DNA of 64,000 nucleotides from Oscillospiraceae bacterium (lineage in GTDB: Bacteria > Bacillota > Clostridia > Oscillospirales > Oscillospiraceae): assembly GCA_021201735.1 (NCBI GenBank), contig JAJQEJ010000055.1, forward strand, positions 4,650 through 68,649, written 5' to 3'. Shown piece by piece: positions 1 to 8,441 of the stretch. Position 1 is the first letter of the stretch. Each line of letters begins with the position of its first letter. Position numbers and translations under genes: made by a program. The notes below the pieces were generated by a model. It saw only the letters and a list, made by a program, of their open reading frames with translations, was not told where the DNA came from and made no database searches.

Positions 1-2659
1 ACTCGTGTGCCTCCTGCGAAATGGAGCCGTAGCTCATCGCGCCTGTTTTAAAGCGTCTGACGATAGATTCAACGCACTCCACCTCATCGAGCGAGATGGG
101 GGTATCGAGATACTTCATCTCAATCAGGCCGCGCAGTGTGTGCGGCTTGGTCTCATCGTCCACAAGCTTGGTATACTCTTTGAAGAGGTTATAATCCCCG
201 CGCTTTGTCGCCTCCTGCAAGAGGTGGATGGTCTGGGGATTATACATATGGTCCTCCCCTTTGCTTCCCGCGCGCGCCTTATGCATGCCGCGGGAATCAA
301 GGGACAGGTCGGTATCCAGACCCAGCGGATCAAAGGCCGCGCTATGGTTCTTATCCACCAGCTGCTCAATTTCCCGCAGACCGATGCCGCCCACGCGGGA
401 CGGCGTATTGCCAAAATAGGTTGCCATGACATCTTTGTCGATGCCGATGGCCTCAAAAATACGGGCGGACTGATAGGACTGGATGGTGGAGATGCCCATC
501 TTAGAAGCGATTTTCACAATGCCGTGCAGCACCGCCGCGCAGTAGTCGTCCACCGCCGCGTGGAAGTCCTTATTGAGTCCCCCCTCCGCGATCTGATGGG
601 CGATGGTCTCCTCCACGAGATACGGGTTAATCGCACGCGCGCCGAAGCCGAGGAGGGTTGCAAAGTGGTGGACATCACGCGGCTCCGCCGATTCCAGAAT
701 AACGGAGACGGCGGTGCGTTTTTTCGTCTCGACCAGATGCTGCTCCACTGCGGAAACCGCCAGCAGGGACGGAATCGCCACATGGTTTTCATCCACGCCC
801 CGGTCGGAGAGGATAACAATATTCGCCCCATTCCGGTACGCGCGGTCGACCGAAAGGAAGAGCTGATCTAGCGCGCGTTGCAGCGGGGTATTTTTGTAGT
901 ACAGAATGGATACCGTCTCCACCTGAAAGCCGGGGCGCTTCATCTGGCGTACTTTCATCAGGTCAACGGAGGTCATAATGGGGTTGTGTACCTGCAACAC
1001 CTGACAGTTTTCCGCCCGCTCCATCAGAAGGTTCCCGTCATCGGCGAGGTAGATGGTGGTATCGGTTACGATTTCCTCACGTATAGCGTCAATGGGCGGA
1101 TTTGTCACCTGCGCGAACAGCTGCTTAAAATAGTTGAAAAGCGGTTGGTCATTCTGTGACAGCACCGCGAGTGGGATGTCTATCCCCATCGCCGCAGTCG
1201 GCTCGCTGCCGGTCAGGGCCATGGGGATGATGGTGGTACATACATCCTCATAGGTGTAGCCAAACGCCTTTTGCAGGCGCAGCAGGGATTCCAGGCTCCT
1301 GCGTTCCACCCGCTGATTGGGGATGGGGAGATCCTTCAGCCGGACGAGATAGCGGTCAAGCCACTCGCCATATGGGTGGCGGGCCGCATAGCCCTCCTTG
1401 AGCGCGTCGTCCCCGATGATGCGCTGCTGCACAAGGTCAACGAGCAGCATCCGCCCCGGCTCCAGACGGGATTTGAGGGCAATCTCTTCCGGCGGAATGT
1501 CCAACACGCCGACCTCCGAGGAGAGGATGAGGCGGTCGTCCTTCGTGACGTAATAGCGGGAGGGGCGCAGGCCATTGCGGTCGAGCACCGCGCCCACGCA
1601 GTCACCATCTGTGAATAGAATCGCGGCGGGGCCGTCCCACGGCTCCATCATAATTGCATAATATTGGTACAAATCCCGCTTCGCGCGGCCAATCGACCTG
1701 TCGTTCATCCACGGCTCGGGGATGGTCATCATTACCGCCTGCGGCAGCTCCATCCCGCTCATCACCAAAAATTCGAGCGTATTATCCAGCATGGCGGAGT
1801 CGGAGCCCGCCATATTCACCACGGGAAGCACCTTGTCCATAAATGGCTCCATCACGGGGGACTGCATGGTCTCCTCGCGGGCGAACATGCGCGCGGCATT
1901 GCCGCGTGTGTTGATTTCACCGTTGTGCAGGATGAAGCGGTTCGGGTGCGCCCGCTCCCACGATGGGTTCGTGTTCGTGGAAAATCTGGAGTGCACCAGC
2001 GCAATGGCGGACCGGTACGCCTCATTTTGCAGATCGGCGTAAAAGCCCCGCAGCTGTCCGACCAGAAACATACCCTTATATACAATCGTGCGGCTGGACA
2101 TGGAGACAACGTAGGTATTGTCGTTCGACTGCTCAAACACCCGGCGGGCGATATAGAGACGGCGGTCAAAATCCAGCCCGCGCGCCGCGTCCGACGGGCG
2201 GCGGACAAAGCCCTGCATAATGTTAGGCATTTTATCGAGCGCCTTCTGCCCCAAAATTTCGGGGCAGACCGGCACCTGCCGCCAGCCGAGAAACTCCATG
2301 CCCTCCTTCTCCACAACCAGCTCGAACATTTTCTTAGCCTGATTGCACTGGAGGGTATTTTGCGGGAAAAAGAACATGCCGATCCCGTAGTCCCGCTCCT
2401 CCCCGATGGAAAAGCCGCATTCGTCCGCTGCACACCGAAAAAAGTTATGGGAAATTTGCAGCATGATCCCGACGCCGTCGCCGGTCTTCCCCTCGGCATC
2501 CTTGCCCGCGCGGTGCTCCAGCTTCTCCACAATTGTCAGCGCATCGTCAACCGTCTGATAGCTCTTGCGCCCCTTGATGTCCACTACCGCGCCAATGCCG
2601 CATGCATCATGCTCGTAGGCCGGATCATAGAGCCCGGCTCTCTTCTCTCCATTTGTCAT
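1..2659 (-). CDS. gltB: Glutamate synthase large subunit, N-terminal ~886 codons (3' end runs off the left edge)
   Basis: Not in the ORF track because it has no stop in the window. My translation from the ATG at 2659 gives MTNGEKRAGLYDPAYEHDACGIGAVVDIKG, the Ntn-amidotransferase Cys context. At the left edge the same frame reads RRFKTGAMSYGSISQEAHE, the FMN-domain signature. An AAAGAGGT RBS lies upstream. All listed ORFs in 1-2660 are in other frames. Confidence 0.9.
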   Translation of the reverse strand, partial: MTNGEKRAGLYDPAYEHDACGIGAVVDIKGRKSYQTVDDALTIVEKLEHRAGKDAEGKTGDGVGIMLQISHNFFRCAADECGFSIGEERDYGIGMFFFPQNTLQCNQAKKMFELVVEKEGMEFLGWRQVPVCPEILGQKALDKMPNIMQGFVRRPSDAARGLDFDRRLYIARRVFEQSNDNTYVVSMSSRTIVYKGMFLVGQLRGFYADLQNEAYRSAIALVHSRFSTNTNPSWERAHPNRFILHNGEINTRGNAARMFAREETMQSPVMEPFMDKVLPVVNMAGSDSAMLDNTLEFLVMSGMELPQAVMMTIPEPWMNDRSIGRAKRDLYQYYAIMMEPWDGPAAILFTDGDCVGAVLDRNGLRPSRYYVTKDDRLILSSEVGVLDIPPEEIALKSRLEPGRMLLVDLVQQRIIGDDALKEGYAARHPYGEWLDRYLVRLKDLPIPNQRVERRSLESLLRLQKAFGYTYEDVCTTIIPMALTGSEPTAAMGIDIPLAVLSQNDQPLFNYFKQLFAQVTNPPIDAIREEIVTDTTIYLADDGNLLMERAENCQVLQVHNPIMTSVDLMKVRQMKRPGFQVETVSILYYKNTPLQRALDQLFLSVDRAYRNGANIVILSDRGVDENHVAIPSLLAVSAVEQHLVETKKRTAVSVILESAEPRDVHHFATLLGFGARAINPYLVEETIAHQIAEGGLNKDFHAAVDDYCAAVLHGIVKIASKMGISTIQSYQSARIFEAIGIDKDVMATYFGNTPSRVGGIGLREIEQLVDKNHSAAFDPLGLDTDLSLDSRGMHKARAGSKGEDHMYNPQTIHLLQEATKRGDYNLFKEYTKLVDDETKPHTLRGLIEMKYLDTPISLDEVECVESIVRRFKTGAMSYGSISQEAHE

Positions 2660-2690
2660 ATGTTAACCTCTTTTCGGCAGAATTGCAGAA

Positions 2691-3908
2691 TTATAGTACG
2701 GCCTTGACCCGCTCAACCGCTTCCGCTGTGTCGTCGGCACCGCCAAAGGCTGTAAAGCGGATATATCCCTCCCCGCTGGGGCCAAAGCCCGCGCCGGGAG
2801 TCGTCACCACATTTGCTTTTTGCAGCAGGTGGTCGAAAAAGCCCCACGAGTCCATCCCGTCCGGGGTGTGCGCCCAGACATAGGGGGAATCCGTACCGCC
2901 GGATACGATGAGTCCAGCGGACTGCAGGCCGTCACGAATCACCTTGGCATTGTTAAGATAAAATGCGATCGTCTCGCGCACCTGCGCGCGCCCCTCCGGC
3001 GAATAGACCGCCTCCGCGCCGCGCTGGACGACATAGGGCACGCCGTTAAACTTGGTGCACTGGCGGCGGTTCCAGAGGCTGTTCAGACTCGCACCGCCCC
3101 GCTCCAAATCCTTCGGCACCACGGTATAGGCGCAGCGCGTACCGGTAAAGCCCGCCGTCTTGGAGAAGGAGCGGAATTCAATGGCGCAGGTGCGGGCACC
3201 TGCGATCTCAAAAATAGAGTGCGGAACGTCCGGATTTGTAATAAACGCCTCGTAGGCAGAATCATAGAGGATGACCGCGCCGACGCGGTTGGCGTAATCC
3301 ACCCACGCCTTGAGCTGATCCCGCGTCGCCACGGAGCCGGTGGGATTGTTGGGAAAGCACAGGTAAATGAGATCCACCTTGCCGCGCGGAATTTCCGGCG
3401 CAAAGCCGTTTCCCGCCACGCAGGGCATATAGACCAGATTGCTCCATTTCCCGCTCTGCGCGTCGTAGTCCCCCGCGCGCCCCGCCATGGCGTTTGTGTC
3501 CACATAGACCGGATACACCGGATCGCACACCGCGACTACATTATCCTGCGCAAAAATATCGCCGATATTGCCGCAGTCGCTTTTTGCCCCGTCGGAGACG
3601 AAAATCTCGTCCGCGCGAATATCCATGCCGCGCGCCCTGTAATCGTGCGCTTCAATGGCGCTGCGCAGAAAATCATAGCCCTGTTCCGGCCCGTAGCCGT
3701 GAAACCCTTTTGCGCTCGCCATCTCATCAACAGCCGCGTGCATCGCGGCGGTCACCGCCGCAGGCAGGGGCTGCGTGACGTCTCCGATGCCGAGGCGGAT
3801 GAGTTTCTTGTCCGGATGCTGCGCGGAATAGTCCGCCACGCGCCGTGCAATTTCAGTAAACAAGTAGCTGCCGGGTAGTTTTAAATAGTTCGTGTTAATA
3901 TTGGCCAT
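2691..3908 (-). CDS. dapL: LL-diaminopimelate aminotransferase
   Basis: 405 aa. Motifs: [25 protein letters not shown], and [15 protein letters not shown] (PLP lysine). Sits directly upstream of dapF. Confidence 0.85.
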   Translation of the reverse strand: MANINTNYLKLPGSYLFTEIARRVADYSAQHPDKKLIRLGIGDVTQPLPAAVTAAMHAAVDEMASAKGFHGYGPEQGYDFLRSAIEAHDYRARGMDIRADEIFVSDGAKSDCGNIGDIFAQDNVVAVCDPVYPVYVDTNAMAGRAGDYDAQSGKWSNLVYMPCVAGNGFAPEIPRGKVDLIYLCFPNNPTGSVATRDQLKAWVDYANRVGAVILYDSAYEAFITNPDVPHSIFEIAGARTCAIEFRSFSKTAGFTGTRCAYTVVPKDLERGGASLNSLWNRRQCTKFNGVPYVVQRGAEAVYSPEGRAQVRETIAFYLNNAKVIRDGLQSAGLIVSGGTDSPYVWAHTPDGMDSWGFFDHLLQKANVVTTPGAGFGPSGEGYIRFTAFGGADDTAEAVERVKAVL

Positions 3909-4701
3909 CTTCCCATTCTCCTTTGTATACCGTTACGGCAGGACCTGTCATATAGATTCTGTCCGTCTGTGTGTTCCATTCTATCGCTAAATCGCCGCCC
4001 GCAAGGCGGACCACCGCTCGGCGGTCCGTATATCCAGCGGAAACCGCCGCCGCGAGGGCGGCGCAGGCACCTGTGCCGCACGCCATCGTTTCTCCGCTCC
4101 CCCGCTCCCACACTCTCATTTCTAAGAGCGTCCTGTCACGCACCACGACGAATTCAGTGTTGATGCGGTTGGGGAAAATACTATGGTGCTCAAAAAGCGG
4201 GCCCAAATCAGCGAGCGGTAGCCGGGCAATTTCAGGTAAAAAAACCACCGCATGCGGATTGCCCATGGAGACAGGCGTCACGGTGTACGTCTCCCCGGCA
4301 ATGTCCAGCGTAAGCGGCGGCGAAAGCAGGGGACGTCCCATATCAACCGTCACCTGCTCCACGTTTCCCCCACGCCGTTGCAGGGTCAGGTATTTCACGC
4401 CCGCGCGTGTCTCAATGGCAAAGGAATTCTCTTTCACATAGCCCTGATCAGATAGGAGCTTCCCCACGCAGCGAATGCCGTTGCCGCACATCTCCCCCTC
4501 CGAACCGTCCGCGTTAAAAATGCGCATCTGCGCCGCCGCGCAGGTAGAGGGCAAAATGCAGATGATCCCGTCCGCGCCAATGCCAAAGTGCCTGTGGGAA
4601 AGCTTTTGCGAAAGCTCCGGCAAATGATCGGGCATGGAACCTGCCATGCAGTCTAAATAGATGTAATCATTCCCTAAACCATGCATTTTTGTAAAATACA
4701 T
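3895..4701 (-). CDS. dapF: Diaminopimelate epimerase
   Basis: Motifs [22 protein letters not shown] and ACGTGACA (two catalytic Cys). I place the start at the ATG at 4701, preceded by GGAGGTGG, rather than at the ORF-track start 4749. Confidence 0.9.
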   Translation of the reverse strand: MYFTKMHGLGNDYIYLDCMAGSMPDHLPELSQKLSHRHFGIGADGIICILPSTCAAAQMRIFNADGSEGEMCGNGIRCVGKLLSDQGYVKENSFAIETRAGVKYLTLQRRGGNVEQVTVDMGRPLLSPPLTLDIAGETYTVTPVSMGNPHAVVFLPEIARLPLADLGPLFEHHSIFPNRINTEFVVVRDRTLLEMRVWERGSGETMACGTGACAALAAAVSAGYTDRRAVVRLAGGDLAIEWNTQTDRIYMTGPAVTVYKGEWEDGQY

Positions 4702-4752
4702 ATAACCACCTCCGAATATATCCAAACTATATTCAGAAGGCTGCATCATTAG

Positions 4753-5295
4753 TTATGCATCGTTCAAAATCATCTGTGCCGTCTGCACCATTCTGACCCC
4801 GCGGTCCATACTCTGCTTTTGCAGGTGATAGTGCGCGTCCTCCTCCGTCATGCCGTGGCGACACATCAGAAGCTCCTTCGCCTGCCGGATCAGGTGCTCC
4901 TCCTCCTCTTTCCGCTGGGGGTGGATATACTGCTCCATCCGGTGTTCCATCTGCAGCAACATGTGCACCGAGGCGATGAGCATCCCCTTGGATACCGGCG
5001 CGGGAAGCGGAAAGATGTCCCGATTGCCGCACAGATCCAGCATCGCCTGCGTGGCAATCAGGAGCATCGGGCAGGTGTCGGGCAGATCGCCAAACAACTC
5101 CTCCGCCGAGGCATCGGGCAGCTTATAGCCGCAGACCACAGCGTAAATGCGCTGCTTATTGACCACACGGCGCACCTGATCGGCCGTCCTGCACATGATG
5201 CAGGAGACCGTGCCCATACTTTCCAAAATCTCCTTAATGCGCCACGCGCTCTTTTCTCCTTCGAATGCGACAATCACTTTATCCTTTTGCGCCAT
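4753..5295 (-). CDS. ANTAR-domain RNA-binding antiterminator with pseudo-receiver N-domain (AmiR/NasR type)
   Basis: The C-terminus AKELLMCRHGMTEEDAHYHLQKQSMDRGVRMVQTAQMIL matches the ANTAR helix pattern. The N-terminal receiver-like fold lacks the acidic DD pocket (VIVAFEGEK). Lies immediately downstream of glnA. Confidence 0.75.
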   Translation of the reverse strand: MAQKDKVIVAFEGEKSAWRIKEILESMGTVSCIMCRTADQVRRVVNKQRIYAVVCGYKLPDASAEELFGDLPDTCPMLLIATQAMLDLCGNRDIFPLPAPVSKGMLIASVHMLLQMEHRMEQYIHPQRKEEEEHLIRQAKELLMCRHGMTEEDAHYHLQKQSMDRGVRMVQTAQMILNDA

Positions 5296-5319
5296 ATTAT
5301 CTCCCCCAAGGAGAATATA

Positions 5320-6657
5320 TTAATAATTGATCATGTACTTTTCCCGTTCCCAAGAGCTGACGCGGGTACGGTATTCTTCCCATTCGCACTCCTTGCCCGC
5401 GATATAATTCTCCGCTACGTGTTCGCCCAGTGTGTCCATGATGAGCTGATCGGCTTTCAGTTCCTTGAGCGCCTCCTCCAGCGAACCGGGCAGGCTCTCA
5501 ATGCCGTGGGCGGCGCGCATGGCGGCATCCATATCAAAAATGTTCTCGGTTACTTCGGCGGGCGGCGTCATGTTCTTTTCGATTCCATCCAGACCGGCCG
5601 CCAAGCAGACCGCCAGCGCCAGATAGGGGTTGCAGGAGGGATCGGGGCTGCGCAGCTCCACGCGGGTCGACTGGCCGCGTGCGGCGGGGATGCGGATGAG
5701 CGCCGAGCGGTTCGACGCCGACCACGCCAGATAGCAGGGTGCCTCATACCCGGGCAACAGACGCTTGTATGAGTTCACGAGCGGGTTTGTGATGGCGGTA
5801 AAACCCTTCACATGCGCCAGAATACCGGCAATGAAGCTGTAGGCATCCTTGGAAAGGCCCCGCTCGCCTTTTTCGTCGTAAAACGCGTTCTTCCCGTCTT
5901 TCATCAGGGACATGTTAATATGCATACCCGAACCGTTGATGCCGAAAATGGGTTTAGGCATAAACGTCGCGTGCAGGCCATTGCGCTGTGCCAGCGTCTT
6001 TACCGTGAGCTTAAAGGTCATGATATTATCGGCGGTGTGCAGCGCGTCCTCATACTTAAAATCAATCTCATGCTGACCCGAGGCAACCTCGTGGTGGCTC
6101 GCCTCAATCTCGTACCCCATCTGCTCCAAAGCCAGGCAAACCTCTCGGCGGGTACTCTCACCATGGTCAAGGGGACCGAGGTCAAAATAGCCCGCCTCAT
6201 CGCTGGTCTTGGTTGTCGGCTTTCCCTCATCGTCGGTTTCAAAGAGGAAGAACTCCGCTTCCGGGCCGACATTGAAGGCTTCATAGCCCATTTTCTTCGC
6301 CTTCTCCTGTACCCGCCGGAGGACATTGCGCGGGTCGCCGATAAAGCCGCTTCCGTCCGGGTTATGGATATCGCAAATCAGCCGCGCAACCTTCCCCTGC
6401 TGGGGCCGCCACGGGAATATCACAAAGGAATTGCGATCCGGGTACAGGCACTGGTCGGACTCGTCAATGCGTACGAAGCCCTCAATGGAAGAGCCGTCAA
6501 ACATCATTTTGTTGTCCAACGCCTTGTCAATCTGGGATGCGGTGATGGCGACATTCTTGAGCTGGCCGAAAATATCGGTAAACTGGAGACGAATGAATTC
6601 AATCTCCTCCTCCCGAACCATGCGTTTGATTTCTTCTTTGGAGTAAACCATGTCCAT
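5320..6657 (-). CDS. glnA: Glutamine synthetase, type I
   Basis: 445 aa. Motifs: [54 protein letters not shown] lies 7 nt upstream of the ATG. Confidence 0.95.
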   Translation of the reverse strand: MDMVYSKEEIKRMVREEEIEFIRLQFTDIFGQLKNVAITASQIDKALDNKMMFDGSSIEGFVRIDESDQCLYPDRNSFVIFPWRPQQGKVARLICDIHNPDGSGFIGDPRNVLRRVQEKAKKMGYEAFNVGPEAEFFLFETDDEGKPTTKTSDEAGYFDLGPLDHGESTRREVCLALEQMGYEIEASHHEVASGQHEIDFKYEDALHTADNIMTFKLTVKTLAQRNGLHATFMPKPIFGINGSGMHINMSLMKDGKNAFYDEKGERGLSKDAYSFIAGILAHVKGFTAITNPLVNSYKRLLPGYEAPCYLAWSASNRSALIRIPAARGQSTRVELRSPDPSCNPYLALAVCLAAGLDGIEKNMTPPAEVTENIFDMDAAMRAAHGIESLPGSLEEALKELKADQLIMDTLGEHVAENYIAGKECEWEEYRTRVSSWEREKYMINY

Positions 6658-6673
6658 GCTGCAGTTCCCCTTT

Positions 6674-6723
6674 CAAAAATAAAAATAGACGTTCCACCCC
6701 CTTGGATTATGGATGGGAACGTC
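6674..6723 (-). terminator. Intrinsic terminator/attenuator inside the glnA 5' leader
   Basis: The minus-strand RNA reads GACGUUCC(C)AUCC-loop-GGGUGGAACGUC (8 bp, a bulge, then 4 bp), followed by UAUUUUUAUUUUU. It sits between the promoter and the glnA RBS. Confidence 0.7.
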
Positions 6724-6757
6724 TTTGTCCTCAAAAGTATTCATTTATATACTTATG

Positions 6758-6786
6758 AGTATACGGACTTTAGCGTATCGTGTCAA
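6758..6786 (-). promoter_or_regulatory. Sigma-A type promoter of glnA
   Basis: On the minus strand: TTGACA (6786-6781), a 17-nt spacer, then TATACT (6763-6758). About 100 nt upstream of the glnA ATG. Confidence 0.7.
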
Positions 6787-6805
6787 GCAAATTTTGCGCC
6801 TCCGA

Positions 6806-6838
6806 GGCACATTTGTTGCAAAAATCAACAAATGTGCC
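6806..6838 (-). terminator. Hairpin downstream of purF
   Basis: A 13-bp perfect stem, GGCACATTTGTTG / CAACAAATGTGCC, with a 7-nt loop, 57 nt after the purF stop. There is no clear U-tract on the minus strand. Confidence 0.45.
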
Positions 6839-6894
6839 CGGTTTTGTCCCCTGTTTATGCAATTTACAAGCTGTCCGGTTTCATATTTTCATGT

Positions 6895-8262
6895 TCAATA
6901 GACCGTAATGGGGTATTTGCCGGTAAAGCAGCCCTCGCAGAATCCGCACTGTGCGTCCGGGACAATCTCCCGCAGGGACTCTGTGGCGAGAAATGTCAGG
7001 CTATCGGCACCGATGATCTGCCGAATTTCGTCCACGGTATACTTACAGGCAATGAGATCTTTCTTGTCCGGAATATCCGTGCCAAAATAGCAGGGCGATA
7101 TAAAGGGCGGCGAGGATATGCAGATATGCACCTCAGCCGCGCCCGCCTCACGCAGCAGGGCTACGATCTGCTTCGACGTCGTGCCCCGCACGATGGAGTC
7201 GTCCACCATCACCACACGCTTGCCCTTCACCTGACTGCGCAGCGCGCCGAGCTTGATGCGCACCGCGTTTTCACGGCTTTTCTGGTCGGGTGTAATAAAC
7301 GTGCGCCCGATGTAGCGGTTTTTGACAAACCCCTCCCCGTAGGGAATCCCGGACTGCGCCGCATATCCCAGCGCGGCGTCGAGTCCCGAATCGGGTACGC
7401 CGATCACAATATCCGCCTCAACCGGATACTGCCGCGCCAAAATCTGCCCCGCGTGGTACCGCGCAAAGTGCACCGACTGCCCGCTGATGGTGGAATCAGG
7501 CCGCGCAAAATAGATATATTCAAAGATACACATGTGGGAGGATGCGCCGGTGCAGTTTCCCCGCAGAGAGCGCACCATATCGCCCTCCACCACGACGATT
7601 TCACCCGGCTCCAGTTCCCGCTCATAGGTTGCCTCCACCGCGTCGAGCGCGCAGGACTCCGAGGCGAATACCACCGCATCCCCACGTCTGCCCATACAGA
7701 GCGGACGAAAGCCCCACGGGTCACGCGCGGCAATGAGCTTGCGCGGCGACATGACAATGATGGAGTAGGCACCCTGCAACTGCTTCATCGCCCGGCTGAC
7801 CGCCTCCTCCGCCGTAGGACAGTGCAGGCGCTCCTGCGCAATGATGTAGGAGATAATCTCCGAATCAGTATCGGTCTGGAAAATGGCACCCTTGTATTCA
7901 AACTCCGTGCGCAGTGCTTCCGTGTTGACCAGATTCCCGTTGTGCGCCACCGCGAGGGTGCCCTTGACGTATTTCAGCGTCAGCGGCTGGGCGTTTTCCC
8001 GCCTGCCCGCGCCGGTTGTCGCGTAGCGGACATGCCCCACCGCCATGGTGCCGTCCAGCCGGTCGAGCACATCTTCTGTAAACACATCGCCCACAAGCCC
8101 CAGGTCCTTGTGATAGGAAAGCTCACGCTGATTCACCGCCGCGATCCCACACGCCTCCTGCCCCCTGTGTTGCAGCGCGTAAAGCCCGTAATACGTCGTG
8201 CGGGCACAGCCGCCCGCGGGGTTATAAATGCCGAATACACCGCATTCTTCACCAATTGGCAT
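6895..8262 (-). CDS. purF: Amidophosphoribosyltransferase
   Basis: MPIGEECGVFGI (Ntn Cys after a short propeptide) and the PRPP motif VVMVDDSIVRGTT. 455 aa. Confidence 0.95.
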   Translation of the reverse strand: MPIGEECGVFGIYNPAGGCARTTYYGLYALQHRGQEACGIAAVNQRELSYHKDLGLVGDVFTEDVLDRLDGTMAVGHVRYATTGAGRRENAQPLTLKYVKGTLAVAHNGNLVNTEALRTEFEYKGAIFQTDTDSEIISYIIAQERLHCPTAEEAVSRAMKQLQGAYSIIVMSPRKLIAARDPWGFRPLCMGRRGDAVVFASESCALDAVEATYERELEPGEIVVVEGDMVRSLRGNCTGASSHMCIFEYIYFARPDSTISGQSVHFARYHAGQILARQYPVEADIVIGVPDSGLDAALGYAAQSGIPYGEGFVKNRYIGRTFITPDQKSRENAVRIKLGALRSQVKGKRVVMVDDSIVRGTTSKQIVALLREAGAAEVHICISSPPFISPCYFGTDIPDKKDLIACKYTVDEIRQIIGADSLTFLATESLREIVPDAQCGFCEGCFTGKYPITVY

Positions 8263-8365
8263 GTATCATACCCCCTTTCAATTCAATCGTCAGTACTCTT
8301 TATGTTAGCATAGACACCGTTTTTTTTCAATCGGAAAATTCGTATATGCTGTTAAATCCTCATGA

Positions 8366-8393
8366 ACCGGTTTGATCTGCACTACATAGAATA
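8366..8393 (+). promoter_or_regulatory. Mother-cell (sigma-K-like) promoter motif of beta-helix paralog 1
   Basis: AC at 8366-8367, exactly 17 nt of spacer, then CATAGAATA at 8385-8393. This fits AC-N17-CATAnnnTA. It lies 49 nt upstream of the ATG. Confidence 0.55.
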
Positions 8394-8441
8394 CGATAAC
8401 TCCTGTAAGAGACAACAATACTTTGACAATGGAGTAATCGT

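Noticed and set aside
6688-6723. glnA-leader hairpin ACGUUC...GGAACGU superficially resembling the P1 stem of the cyanobacterial glutamine riboswitch
   Set aside because: The conserved internal GGAAGU-type core is missing. The helix is followed by a U-tract, so an intrinsic terminator is the simpler reading.
5812-8313. An 833-aa plus-strand ORF, the longest unexplained ORF in the track
   Set aside because: It lies antisense to glnA and purF, both of which have unmistakable motifs on the minus strand. Its sequence is R/A/G/L/V-rich nonsense typical of antisense frames in high-GC DNA. The same reasoning applies to 5..871+, 1664..2707+, 2820..3878+, 4819..5772+, 39404..40921-, 51511..52392-, 54803..55774- and 56086..57090-.
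8263-8360. A purine riboswitch upstream of purF (and of purA at 33671-33775)
   Set aside because: The purF leader is only about 50 nt after a plausible TTGAAA-17-TAACAT promoter. Neither leader contains the conserved purine-aptamer junction sequences as I remember them.
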